A DNA stretch of 64,000 nt, from positions 62,001-126,000 of the forward strand of contig JAPEUG010000003.1 in the NCBI GenBank assembly GCA_026025795.1, written 5' to 3'. Numbering within the stretch: the stretch's first letter is position 1; every line of letters starts with the position of its first letter. This DNA is from Thelocarpon superellum. Lineage: Eukaryota. This document shows positions 1 through 11,540 of the stretch, piece after piece. Under the pieces are notes generated by a model, which ran no database searches, was not told the DNA's origin, and saw only the letters and a program-made list of their open reading frames with translations. The translations under genes were made by a program, and so were the position numbers.

Positions 1-1
1 C

Positions 2-493
2 TTTCACGATGCACGTCTTCACTCGCCCTCCTCGTCCTCCTCCGCCGGGTCAGCACAAGGCGCGAGTCCTGTCTCTCTCTGGCAACTTCAATTCATCGTA
101 AGCGACGGCCTGGTGCACTCGGATCGCCGCGACGACTTGGCACGCATGGTGCGCGCGGCGTTGGCGGAACGAATCATGGTTGTCTTTCTGATTGTTGATG
201 CCCCGTCTTCATCCACCGTGGATGGGGAGGGGAAGAAAGGGAAAGGGAAGGGAAGTATTGTCAACCTCACGACCGCCACGTTCTCTTCCGACTTGCGTAC
301 CGATGAGGATGGAGCTGATGGAGATGGAGAAAGCGGAGGAAAGGGAAGTGGAGCAGGAAAAGTCACGATGACCAAATACCTCGACGCCTTCCCTTTTCCC
401 TACTACATCATCGTCCGCGACGTGCGCGATTTGCCTTCTGTCCTTGCTGAGGCATTACGAGGGTGGTTTGCCCAGGTTGTGGATGCTACGTAG
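2..493 (+). CDS. MDN1: Midasin / Rea1 AAA-ATPase, C-terminal MIDAS (VWA) domain; 5'-truncated by the window edge
   Basis: Open frame from base 2 reads LWQLQFIVSDG...IMVVFLIVD...YLDAFPFPYYIIVRDVRDLPSVLAEALRGWF, the characteristic midasin C-terminus; stop TAG at 491-493. Confidence 0.9.
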   Translation, partial: FHDARLHSPSSSSSAGSAQGASPVSLWQLQFIVSDGLVHSDRRDDLARMVRAALAERIMVVFLIVDAPSSSTVDGEGKKGKGKGSIVNLTTATFSSDLRTDEDGADGDGESGGKGSGAGKVTMTKYLDAFPFPYYIIVRDVRDLPSVLAEALRGWFAQVVDAT

Positions 494-640
494 CCCCCCT
501 CCTCTGGCCCTATTCTCTCCTCTCCTTTCGGCGTCTCTTTTGCCCTTTCTCTCCTGTACCATGCATTGTCCTCAAATTCAATCTCAATTTTGGACTTCAT
601 ATATGCTACGCTCATGCTGTAAGTCGCTACCTTCAGAGTA

Positions 641-670
<30 letters not shown>
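641..670. repeat. (TG)4(AG)11 microsatellite between convergent MDN1 and ZIP genes
   Basis: Direct reading: tgtgtgtg followed by agagag... to 670. Confidence 0.9.
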
Positions 671-671
<1 letters not shown>

Positions 672-675
672 ATCT

Positions 676-2331
676 TCATTCCTCCGTCAGAGCAAAACTG
701 CCCCCCAACAACGCCATGCCGAGAAAGGCAAAAGTAAAGCACAAATGGCGATGATGATCCAGGCTCAAGCTCTCCGAGAACAACTGCAGCGCTACGGCCG
801 TCATAACGCCCGCTGTCACCGCGAACATGGCGCCGTACACGCCCTCGCTTGGTTCCATCCCGCCGTCCGCGCCGCCCGCTGGGTTCAGCCACAGCGCGGC
901 CACGCCCGCGCCCAGCGGCTGGCTGATCCCGCCCAGTAGACTGCTCCAGAACATGGCCTTCCATCGGCTATTCAGCGCCAGGAAGAGCGGGAGCGCCATG
1001 GAAAAGCCTTCGACGACGTTGTGCACCACCAGCGCCATGAAGACCGCGAAGCCTAGTTTCGGGTTCGCGTGGTTCGTGGCGAACGTGATGAACCCTTCCG
1101 GTAGCTTGTGCAGGGCGATGGCAATGGACGTTTGGAGTCCGATGGAGAGGAAGGCGTTGGTGGGCACGTGGTGATGGTGCGGCGAGTGCGAGGTCGTGGA
1201 TGAGGTGGACGGGTCGTACGTCTTGGTGTGGGCTTCGATGTCGTCGAGGTGGTGGTGGTGGTGGTGGTGGTTTGTTCGTGATGAGCTGGGTCGCGAGGAA
1301 CGGTGAGAGGGCCGCCGAGAGGTCGATGCCTCTTCGGAGGAACAGGCGTCGACCGTGGATGGGTGCGGGTCAAAGACCGGCCCGTGCAGGTGTCGTCGAC
1401 CTCCCTGCCGTGGCTCCGCCGTGTTGGACTCCGCCTTGACCAGCTTGTATTTGAGGCAGTCCGTGCCGCACTTGTCTCCGTATCCGTGACAGGGTCCCCG
1501 TTCATCACACGCCGGCTTCGTCCCGTACACTATCGTCGAGACCCCGCTCGAGAGCTGTGACTTGAGCGCCGTGGGGATCCCGAGGGTAAAGGAGCTGGAC
1601 TTTCGTGACAGCCGTGGTCGTTCCATCATGGCCTGCCCGTTGACCGAAAGCAGCGGCGACGTTTCTGATGCCCCACTCCCGCTCGACAAGACCCCGTCCC
1701 TCCATACGCGACCGTTGAGCCGCGCGTCTTCATCGACCAATGAGACCTCCTCGTCCTGGTCGTCGTCTGCATCGCCATCACCGTCACCGAGACCGTCATG
1801 CCCATCCCCATCGTGGCTGTGATCGCAATCCACCACGTGCGACGGAATGAAATGATGCATGAACCGTGACACCACTTGGATGCCAAATGCGCCCAAGAGA
1901 AAGCATCCCGTCAATGTCCACACTGCCGCTCCCGGAGAGAAGCCTCCCTTTTCGAGCGATCGTTTCGACGCTGGAAGCATGCTGTAGAGGGAGGAGAAGA
2001 GCTTCACGCGTCAGGGTTAGCGTCGACCTCGAACGTTGACCCGCCTTGCCATTGCCACTCACCATCACTCCGAAACTAAGACTCAACGAGGCGGACAAAA
2101 AGACATGACTGTCTTGGATGCGAAAGCGCTTCTTGCCCGGAAAGAGCCGGACCAGATAATCCACGCAGATGATGCTGGCCCCGAGGATGCAGGCTGAATG
2201 ATGTCAGCGTGGCGGCCACATCGAGTCGAGCGGGTTGATATCTGCACACCGACACCACTGACGCAGGTCATAATCAATCCTCGAACGTCATTTTGCGGAA
2301 CGATCGTGGGGAAGCCCCCGAGTGATTCCAT
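676..2331 (-). CDS. ZRT3: ZIP-family (Zrt3-like) zinc transporter, 3 exons
   Basis: ATG 2331 (MESLGGF..NDVRGLIMTCVSGV), intron, ACILGASIICVD..FLSASLSLSFGVM, intron (gtgagt..ctaac..aag), LFSSLYSMLP...; His-rich loop and ZIP motifs IALHKLPEG and VHNVVEG; multiple TM segments. Confidence 0.85.
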
Positions 2332-2739
2332 CCTAACGACTCGTGGAGCGTGTAGGCACCAATGACGAGGGGCGTCCGTAGGGCTGCTCGGATTGTAGCC
2401 TACATGCTCCGTAGGTCGACGACAGACGTGGGAAGCAAGAAATAGGCGATGTGCGAGATGTGCGAGGTCTCACGGACTATCTATACGGACCGTACATCGG
2501 TTCTTGCACCGGAATTCATCGGACGGCACTGGTATCCAACAAGGGATCTATCAAGCTTAATGCCCATTCCGCTCTTTTCGGGACGTCACTGAAGCGAAGG
2601 CTTCGGGGTGGGGGACTGTGACTTACCTCATACCAGTCGCGAAACCGACGGAGTATTGCTGTCTAACGGATTATGTTACTCGCAGTTAGGAACTCAACTT
2701 ACCTCCAGTTAACCCTCCGCAGCTGAGTAGCACCTATAC

Positions 2740-2782
2740 TCGTGCTCGCACTCGTGCTCGTACTCATGCTCGTACTCGTGCT
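2740..2782. repeat. Degenerate hexamer repeat (CTCGTG/CTCGTA)n
   Basis: ctcgtgctcgcactcgtgctcgtactcatgctcgtactcgtg read directly. Confidence 0.7.
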
Positions 2783-3110
2783 GATGGTGTGCCTGCAGGT
2801 TCTCGTAGGAACGAGGCAGCTCCTCTGGCCCTTGTCCTCATTCGTCCTGGTGCAACTCTGGTCCGCGTGCCGAGCAGCTCCATCTCGTTCCCCCTTGATT
2901 GGCTGACGCGACACGTCTCCCGGGACCGAGCCAGTTGAGGCGCGCGTCTCACCTGACCAGCGTCACCTCGGCCAGGCACCATGCTGGGAGATGGATAGAT
3001 CCAGAGGCCAGCCATGGCCGTCTCTGCTGCGGACAACATGAGATCCTCGTCCTCGTCCTCGTCTCCGCTCTCGTCTTCTTCCGCCCTCTTTCCCTGACTC
3101 TACCTCCAAC

Positions 3111-4109
3111 ATGTCCAAAGCGACGTTGGCCATCATCGCGGCGGCCAGCGCGGCCGCGGGAGCTGCCGTCACCGCCGCCTTCTACTCCACCCGCCTCGAC
3201 CCTCCCTCGCCCGCTCCCTCCACCCTTCCATACCCGGCGGCCAACTCGACCATCCGGACGGCGCGGGAGACGCTGGCCCCCGTCGATCCCGCCGGCCTCT
3301 TTCAGTATGGCTTTCCCGGCCCCATCAACGACCTGGCGACGCGCAAGTCCACCGTCTCCTCCTTCGACCGACGCCAGCGGAACCCGTCGTGGGTGGCGGA
3401 GCACATCACCCCCGAGTCGCTGCTGATGAAGAACGGCGACCGCAAACACTCGTATTTTGTCGAGGACGCATCGCTTCCCGAAAGGTTCCGGGCCAAGCTG
3501 AAGGACTACCACCTCTCGGGCTACGACCGCGGTCACCAGGTGCCCGCCGCCGATGCCAAGTGGGACCAAGAAGCCATGGATGATACCTTCTATCTGACCA
3601 ACATGTGCCCCCAGGTGGGCGACGGCTTCAACCGCGACTACTGGGCCCACCTCGAGGACTTTTGCCGTCGCCTCACCAACACCTATCCCTCCGTCCGCAT
3701 CGTCACCGGGCCCCTCTACCTGCCGCGCCGCGACCCGGTCGACGGCAAGTGGCGCGTCTCGTACGAAGTCATCGGCAGCCCGCCCAACGTCGCCGTGCCC
3801 ACGCATTTCTACAAGGTCGTCTTCGCCGAGGATGGCAAGGTCGGCGGCGACGTCGCCCTCGGCGCCTTCGTCCTGCCCAACACGCCCATCCCTAACGAGA
3901 AACCCCTGGCCGCCTTTGAGGTCCCCATCGAGGCCGTCGAGCGTGCCAGCGGTCTCGAGTTTGCCTCCAAGCTACCCGCCCTGCGGCGGAAGCGCCTCTG
4001 TGGCGAGATCGAGTGCAGCATCACCGTGCGGCAGTGGGCCGAGCGCCAGAAGAATCTCCTCGGGGCTCCGGTCCGGCCCGCCCTCCCGGGTCCCTCGCGC
4101 GAGGAGTGA
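3111..4109 (+). CDS. NUC1: Mitochondrial DNA/RNA non-specific nuclease (endonuclease G)
   Basis: Single-exon 332-aa ORF with SGYDRGHQVPAAD (DRGH motif), TFYLTNMCPQVGDGFNRDYW, VAVPTHFYKV, VERASGLEF. Confidence 0.95.
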   Translation: MSKATLAIIAAASAAAGAAVTAAFYSTRLDPPSPAPSTLPYPAANSTIRTARETLAPVDPAGLFQYGFPGPINDLATRKSTVSSFDRRQRNPSWVAEHITPESLLMKNGDRKHSYFVEDASLPERFRAKLKDYHLSGYDRGHQVPAADAKWDQEAMDDTFYLTNMCPQVGDGFNRDYWAHLEDFCRRLTNTYPSVRIVTGPLYLPRRDPVDGKWRVSYEVIGSPPNVAVPTHFYKVVFAEDGKVGGDVALGAFVLPNTPIPNEKPLAAFEVPIEAVERASGLEFASKLPALRRKRLCGEIECSITVRQWAERQKNLLGAPVRPALPGPSREE

Positions 4110-4279
4110 GAGGACAGCGCGGTAGAGGGATGGATGGAAGGCATCGTGGTGCACTGTGATGCATAGCGTGGTGGCGGTGTATTTGGTGTAGAGTGGAATA
4201 TCATGGATTTCAACGCCTGGGGATTCTGAACACATGAACAAGCAGGGGAGAAGATCCACCGTGCAACGACCAAGGTCCC

Positions 4280-4625
4280 TCACAACGACACCCGTCCCTT
4301 CTCGCGCTGTAAGCGTCCCAAGTACTGCCGGCTCACCGCATCCCACGCCGCCATATACTTCTCCATGCATTGCGTCAAGCACGTCTGCTCGCCCCGCGAC
4401 AAGCTCGAGCCGGGCTTGGGGATGCACTTGTCGAAACACTGCTGGTTGACTTTCTGCATGGTCCCGTGCGTCAGTCTCGTGGCACACCCACCGGCCCATC
4501 GTGTCGCATACCTCGACAATCTGTCGTGCATTGTTGACCGCCGCCTCTTGCCGCACCGAGTCCATGACCGCCGCCGCCGACTCGACCGGCGTCGCGTTGC
4601 TGTCCAAGCCGCCGAATGCGTCCAT
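4280..4625 (-). CDS. TIM13: Mitochondrial intermembrane-space small Tim chaperone Tim13, 2 exons
   Basis: MDAFGG..VRQEAAVNNARQIVE, intron (gtatgc..ctgac..cag), KVNQQCFDKCIPKPGSSLSRGEQTCLTQCMEKYMAAWDAVSRQY with twin CX3C motif. Confidence 0.92.
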
Positions 4626-5337
4626 GAGGAAGTGGAAACGAAGGACTAGCGACGGAGAGGAGAAAGGAGATGAGACGCCGAAAGGTGAAAGATGAAAAGG
4701 TGAAAAGGTGAAAAGATGGTCGCGGGGACCGTGTTGTTGCGACTTGACTGCTGCTACGACCCGACGACAGAAAGCCGATGAAGATTGTTGCCCTTGACGT
4801 ATTCTCTTGGGAGCGCTCCCGGGCCCACTCGACCCCCGTACTGTGGAGGCTCCATACGGGAGCTCGAGGCTTCTGAGTAAGCCGCCTCACGTGACCCACA
4901 ATAGCTGTATATTAGAACGACGGATAGCTTCCGTAGAATAGACCACCCATCTCCAGTGGAATAACCGGGGTGCGTCAGTACCTAGTGGGAGAGCTTCAGC
5001 TGCCGGACAGCTGTACGAGTAGCTAGGTAAAACGGCGGCCGATGCGCCCGTAACAGTCCGGTCCCCATAGCTCCACCCGGTAAAGCGGCGAGGGTTTGGA
5101 ACCTTCCCCGGAATGGACAAGAGGCCACCTCGAAGGGAACATGCGGCGCCGGTAGTCGACCTGGTGGCGCCAACGACCACGGGCATGTCAGGATGATATC
5201 TCTCCACCATGACCGCCGCCCATCCCCCCCCCTCATGTAATTAAGTCGTGCCCGCCATCCTGCTCCTTGCACGCAGTGCCATCCCCGCCCACGATTCCTA
5301 TTTTCCCACGACCATTTTGGTGCCGTCCCCGATGGTC

Positions 5338-6590
5338 ATGTTGCTCCCCTCTCGCGGCATGCTCCTGGGCCTCGTGGTCCAGGCGTGTGCCGTGCTGGCC
5401 TTGGACACTTCGCAAGATGTGAAGAGTATCTCCGTATGCCCTCGCCCAGCCCCCCGCCGCCGTGACATGGATGGAGCAACCGGCCGAGCTGACCGTGGCC
5501 CCCCGCTTAGTTACGGACACATAGTATCGCGCCGGTACGCTTCGACCGCCGGGACCACATGCCCCTCATGCCCCCCCCCGCTGACGCAGCTTGACACAGC
5601 CCTACTTGGACTCGGATATGCAAAGTCGATGGTTTGATTTTGGAGGCGATACCATCGTGCGCGCCGACCAGTGGGTGCTCTCCGCGGTGAAGGGGAGGGG
5701 GTGGACGACGCTGACCCTGATGCGCCACATCCAGATACATCCGCCTGACGTCGGATCGGCCCTCACAGCAAGGCTGGCTGTTCTCGCGCATTCCCCTCAC
5801 GGCGACGAACTGGGAGATTGAGGTGGAATTCCGCATCCACGGCAACGGCCATCTGCACGGCGATGGCATGGCCATGTGGTTGACGAAGCAGCATGGCACG
5901 CAAGGGCCCGTCTTTGGCTCGGCCGACAACTTCGAGGGGCTCGGCATCTTCTTCGACACGTACAAGAACAACCGGCCAGGCGTCGTCTTTCCCCTGGTCA
6001 TGGCCATGATGGGCGACGGCCAGGCCACCTATGACAACAACAACGACGGCAAGGCCAACGAACTGGCCAGCTGCTCGGTGGGTCCCTTTGTCCCCGCCTT
6101 CCCCGCGGATGGCACGCTCATCGCACGTTCGTAGGCTCGTGGCATCCGGGGCGCCACGCATCCCACCAAGGCCCGCCTGACGTACTTCCAAGACGCCATG
6201 CTCAAGCTTGACCTCCAGTACAAGGGTCCGGAGGAGTGGCAGGAATGCTTCAACCTGAGCAACATCAAGGTGCCGTCCATCACCTACCTGGGCTTCAGCG
6301 CGCACACGGGCGAGCTGTCGGACAACCACGACATCATCCGGGTCGAGACGAACAATCTCTACAGCGCCGACATCCTCCAGCCCCGACCGGGCGATGATGG
6401 CGAGGGCGGGAGCACGCGCAAGGGCCGCAAGGGTCCGAAGGCCTGGGACAAGGGCCGCGGCGACGCGCCGCGCGGGATCGGCTTGATGGGTTTCTTGCTC
6501 CGCCTAAGCTTGTTCATCCTCGTGCTCGGTGGGGCCTACGTCGGATACACCTCCTGGCGCGCCCAAAAGCGACGAGGATCGCGCTTCTGA
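5338..6590 (+). CDS. L-type (legume-like) lectin, VIP36/ERGIC-53 family ER-Golgi cargo receptor, 5 exons
   Basis: Signal peptide MLLPSRGMLLGLVVQACAVLA; spliced LRTHSIAP/PYLDSDMQSRWFDFGG, HGDGMAMWLT, FEGLGIFFDTYKN, YLGFSAHTGELSDNHDII; C-terminal TM helix and basic tail KRRGSRF. Start ATG could instead be 5332 or 5359. Confidence 0.9.
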
Positions 6591-7958
6591 GTCGGACACC
6601 AGACGGACACGTCCCCGGTCACGGACGGGTGGGCGAGGGGGACGAGGTGCAAGGGGAAGGGGAGGGGGGGAGGGAAGGGGAAGGGAAAGATAAAGGGAAA
6701 GGGAGAAAGAGGCAAGTCGTCAGGCCCAGTGCCAGGGGCTGTCGGTGGAAGGGTGTGATGTGATATTAGCACGGCGCCGCCCATGTACTTAGTCGTATCT
6801 CCGTCGTTAGGTATACCATATGCATAGGAACGGTGTCCTCCACGACAAGATGGACCGACGATGACCACCACCACCGACTAGCGGGAGTCTGCGCGATCAT
6901 GGCAGAGTTTGGATGGCCTGCGAGCACGAGCACATGCACTCACCCTTGGCACCACCCGACCAACCGACCAACCGACCAACACCCCCTGTGGGTTGGCATC
7001 TCCAATGCGCTTTTCCCATGCGCTGTATTGGATGTGGCCACTTGAACCCGCAGGATTGTGACAGTGCGGGATTTGATAGGTCGACCGACCCTAATCACGC
7101 CTCCTCCCCGGTCGATATTCAGCTATGCGAGGGGCGGTCACTTGCAGCCAAACGAGCGTCGGCCATGCAAAAGCCACGCCCGTCGTCCGCCATGCCCGGC
7201 GCGAGGTCCGCGTGCAGTCAACCATGCGACGCCCGCTTACGGTGTTTTGGCTTTGGCCGGGTGCCCTTCCTTCCAGGTCATGGAGCCAGACCGGGCGGTG
7301 CGACGGAGAAGAGGAGAGAGGTGAGCGGTGCCGACGTGGGCGCGGGTGTGGGTGCGAGAGGCTCCCTGGGCGCCTGGGCTGCCGAGCCCTTGACCCCGGG
7401 CCCTGGGTCCCTGGTGCGGCCGGGGCCTTGACCACGGTCATGATCATCATATCCCCATCACCTGCTAGCATAACGGCGTCGGCGGCCCGACAGGATCGGC
7501 AGAAAGGAGCAACGCTTGCCGCCATCCGCAACGCAGGTTCGATGGGTTTACGGGAGCGGATGGGCAGGCCGCAACCTCTCCTACGTACTTCTGCAGTGCG
7601 ACGACAGGGTCCATCGTCCGGGCTAGGTGGTCGAGTCCCAGCGGCCCGCTGCCCCCAGCAGCCCAGCTGCCCAGCAGCCCAGCTGCCCAGCTGCCCAGCT
7701 GCCTTACCCGAAGCTAGACGTTTTGGGGAAGGCAACGCTGCCGATCCCCTGTCGCAAGCACCGCAAACCGCCGGTGCGCTCCGCGTTGTTGCAACCGTGC
7801 AACCTTACAACGTGACGGTCTTCCGCCCAAAGAGAAGAAAGCAGCGTCGTCGCGGTGCCCGCCGCGGCAGTGCCCGTAGTACGAGTAAATAGTGCGCAGC
7901 AGCAGCCCCGTCACGGAACGAAGCACGACGTACTTCGTACCAAGATCGAGTGCCAGTG

Positions 7959-8020
7959 CAGAGCCAGAGCCAGAGCCAGAGCCAGAGCCAAAGCCAAAGC
8001 CAAAGCCAAAGCCAAAGCCA
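7959..8020. repeat. Compound hexamer repeat (CAGAGC)5(CAAAGC)5
   Basis: Direct reading, upstream of the PKA gene. Confidence 0.9.
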
Positions 8021-8198
8021 GCACGACGGCGAGAGACAAAGCGAACGAAGCATTGCATCGGCCCACGCCGCCACGACATGGACCTTCTCTCCCCCACCGT
8101 CCCTTCTCCCACCATCCCAATCCCTCTGCCCTCCCTCGCACCCACCCGTCACGCATGCTCCCGTCCGGTCTGCTCTCGTCCGGGCGCACGTGGTTTGC

Positions 8199-8230
8199 TT
8201 GAGCATTGAGCATTGAGCATTGAGCATTGA
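8199..8230. repeat. Heptamer repeat (TTGAGCA)4+
   Basis: ttgagcattgagcattgagcattgagcattga. Confidence 0.9.
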
Positions 8231-8715
8231 TCATCGATCATTGCCCTGTCCCCGTCCGTTCACCGTCGCCACCGACCCAACGGGCATCGGTGCGTGTGCG
8301 GCGGACTGGGCACCTCCATCCGGCCGCGGGCTCGTAACCGTAACCGAATCACTCCCCCACGGACGCCCGACCATCAACACGCAACGTCCGTCGCCAAAGT
8401 GCGGCGTCGTCGTGCTCGCTGGCTCCGTCGCCTTCCGCCTCCGCCGCCCCACAATCTCACCACCAGGGTCCCCACCATCCCATCTCCACGTCAATCAGCC
8501 CGCCCCCTCCAGCCTCGTCCAGTGCCTGACGCCGGACGCGACCTACGTCCCGCGTGTCAATTGCCCCTCCTCGCCCGCTCACCTCGCCGTCGTCTCGTCC
8601 GGAAGGTGCGCTGGCCCCACCCTCTCCGGTCGTGCCGACGCTCGCGACGCGCTCCAGGCTGGCTGAGTGACGCCCGCCGGGCCCGCATCACCTCCCGCCG
8701 TCGTGCTCGCTTCAC

Positions 8716-10432
8716 ATGCCGACCCTCGGCTTCCTCAAGAAGAAACGGACCAAGGAGTCGTCGACGACTTCGCCCACCTCGCCCACCAGTGAGTCCCCCA
8801 CGACGGCCAGCGCCGCGTCGTCGCGTGGCTTCAAGGGCTCCATCGCCTCCATCTCGGCCTCGTCGCAATCCTCCTACCCGCCGGCCTCGTCGGTGCAGAC
8901 CTCGGCCAGCTCCGTCAAGCCCAACGAGCCCATGTCCCTGGTGGAGTCCCGATCCGCCCCCCCACCGCTACCCCCCTCCGAGTCCGGCCTCGCGCCCGTG
9001 TCGCACGCGCCGCCGCCGCCGCTGCCGTCGCAGGACTCGTCGGCCCCGCCTCTATGCCCGCCCGACCCCGACCCCCAACCCACCCACGCCGCTCCCGTCG
9101 CCGCCGCCGCCGCCGCTGCGCCTGAACCGACGCCGGTGCCGGTGAAGGTGGCGGCGCAGGATGCGGCCCGAGCCCCCAGCCTGGCCAAGATGGACACGCG
9201 CGAGGACCAGGCGGAGTCCAACGGGGCCGCCGCCGCCGACGCACCGGTCGTCCCCGCCGCACCCAAGTCGGTGCCGCGCGTGACCAAGGGCAAATACAAC
9301 CTGAGCGACTTCTCCATCCAACGCACCCTGGGCACGGGTAGCTTCGGGCGGGTGCACCTGGTGCAATCGCGGCACAACCAGCGCTTCTACGCCGTCAAGG
9401 TGTTGAAGAAGCAACAGGTGGTGAAGATGAAGCAGGTCGAGCACACCAACGACGAGCGACGCATGCTCAGCATGGTCAAGCACCCGTTCTTGATCACGCT
9501 GTGGGGCACCTTTCAAGATTCTCGCAACATCTATATGGTCATGGATTTCGTCGAGGGCGGCGAGCTGTTTAGTCTGCTCCGAAAATCTCAGGTACGTGTG
9601 CGTGGCTGCGTGGCTGCGTGGCTGCGCGCGTGCCGGGCGTGGTCGTGCTAACACGCGCCATAGCGGTTCCCCAACCCTGTGGCCAAGTTCTACGCCGCCG
9701 AGGTCACGCTCGCGCTCGACTATCTGCATTCCACCCACATCATCTATCGCGACCTGAAGCCGGAAAATCTGCTGCTGGACCGTCACGGCCATCTCAAGAT
9801 CACCGACTTTGGCTTCGCCAAGGAGGTGCCGGACATCACCTGGACGCTGTGTGGAACGCCGGACTACCTAGCGCCAGAAGTCGTGGCATCCAAGGGCTAC
9901 AACAAATCGGTCGATTGGTGCGTCTGATGCTGGCGTCGCCTTCCTACTCGGCTGACACGGCGCAGGTGGTCGCTTGGCATCTTGATCTTTGAAATGCTCT
10001 GTGGCTTCACGCCCTTTTGGGACGGCGGTTCCCCGATGAAGATTTACGAGAACATTCTCAAGGGCCGGGTGAAGTATCCACCCTACATCCACCCGGACGC
10101 ACAGGACCTCTTGCAACAGTTGATCACCCCGGATCTGACGAAGCGACTGGGGAATTTGCACGGCGGGTCCAAGGACGTGATGCAGCATCAATGGTTCGCG
10201 GAGGTGACGTGGGAGCGGTTGGCCAAGAAGGACATTGATGCGCCCTACGTGCCACCCGTTCGCGGAGGCGTCGGCGATGCCAGTCAATTTGACCGGTACC
10301 CGGAGGAGACGGAGGAGTACGGTGTCATGGGCGAAGATCCGTACGTGTCATGTCCTCGTTTGCGAGACCGCTCTCGTCGTCACCAAGCATCGCTGACTGC
10401 CCAGACACGGCCATCTTTTCCAAGACTTTTGA
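8716..10432 (+). CDS. pkaC1: cAMP-dependent protein kinase catalytic subunit, 4 exons
   Basis: [15 protein letters not shown]-terminus typical of filamentous-fungal [46 protein letters not shown]; last exon ends HGHLFQDF (FxxF) with TGA 10430-10432. Confidence 0.96.
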
Positions 10433-10890
10433 TCCGCGCTTTCCTCGCATCATCCATGTGCGCCGTCCCGTCAGGCGCACGCGTCCAGGTCATCATTCTC
10501 GGCATCAACATGCTCTTTCAGCGTCATCATGGGACCCACGTTACCGTGTTCCGTCCCGGGCGTGGCTGGTTTTCATTGGGATTGTCGCGGTCAAAAGAAC
10601 AAAGAAATCTATATCGGGGACCGGAATTGGAAGGGTGGCGCCAGCACGGGAAGGGGTACACATTGCGACTTGGGTGTCGGCGGACCCTCTATTTTTCATG
10701 TGGGTACAGAGGGACAGAGGGACAGACGAGGACGAATGGGTGAGGATGGAGCGGAGTGGATCAGGGTCATGCCTTGCCTCACCTACGACTTACCTCCTTT
10801 GAGGGCGGAGAGTGCTTGTGAAGAGGTTCTGCCGTTCTCTGCATGTATGAATGTAATCAGAGATTGAAGGGATGAGGCGAGGGTGAGGTT

Positions 10891-10956
10891 GAGGGCGAGG
10901 GCGAGGGCGAGGGCGAGGGCGAGGGCGAGGGCGAGGGCGAGGGCGAGGGCGAGGGC
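10891..10956. repeat. (GAGGGC)11 perfect hexamer repeat
   Basis: Direct reading, between the convergent PKA and NOC3 3' ends. Confidence 0.95.
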
Positions 10957-11384
10957 GGGAGACGAATGACGAAGACGAGACCAAGCATAACCCTATCCTG
11001 TGACCTCCTTGCACCATCTGCCCGTGAACAGTCGTGCAAGCAGCCATCGCCCAGCAGACGAACCACGCTGACGGTCATCTAAACTCACTCCTGTCTCGTT
11101 TCTCCGAGGAAGAAGGACAGGTCACATGACAGGCCATCACGTTTCGCTCGTGCAGGCACCTGTTTACCTCCTCTCCTCTCTCATCTCTCTGTCTTCATTC
11201 CGCACTTGTCGTTTCAGACTTTGTGCATCTTGCATCATGCACCGTGCATAAATGTCCAGGTGTCATCTGTCAAACAACCGTGACATGTGAATGCCCCACG
11301 TGATGTATTTGACCGCTGTCGGAGAGAACCAATCGTAGGTATTGCATCATCTCTCCCGCGTGAATTTGACCAGGAGTAAATACC

Positions 11385-11410
11385 ACCTACCTACCTACCT
11401 ACCTACCTAC
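11385..11410. repeat. (CTAC)n tetranucleotide repeat
   Basis: cacctacctacctacctacctacctac downstream of the NOC3 stop. Confidence 0.85.
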
Positions 11411-11540
11411 ACTCCACGCTCACTGTTTGTTACGCACGCAGCTAGACCAGTCCTCTTCAAACCGAGGAGGGAAGACGAGGTCGAGTCGTCGTTCGTTTGC
11501 GGTTTACGTAGTTTGAATTGGTTTGTTGCATACCACGTTC

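Noticed and set aside
2621..2704. ACTTACCT as a possible U1 snRNA 5' end
   Set aside because: No U1 stem-loops or Sm site follow; better read as minus-strand splice donors.
6833..8234. Cluster of 100-255-aa ORFs upstream of PKA
   Set aside because: Low-complexity translations driven by GC content and hexamer repeats, in all frames, with no coherent gene structure.
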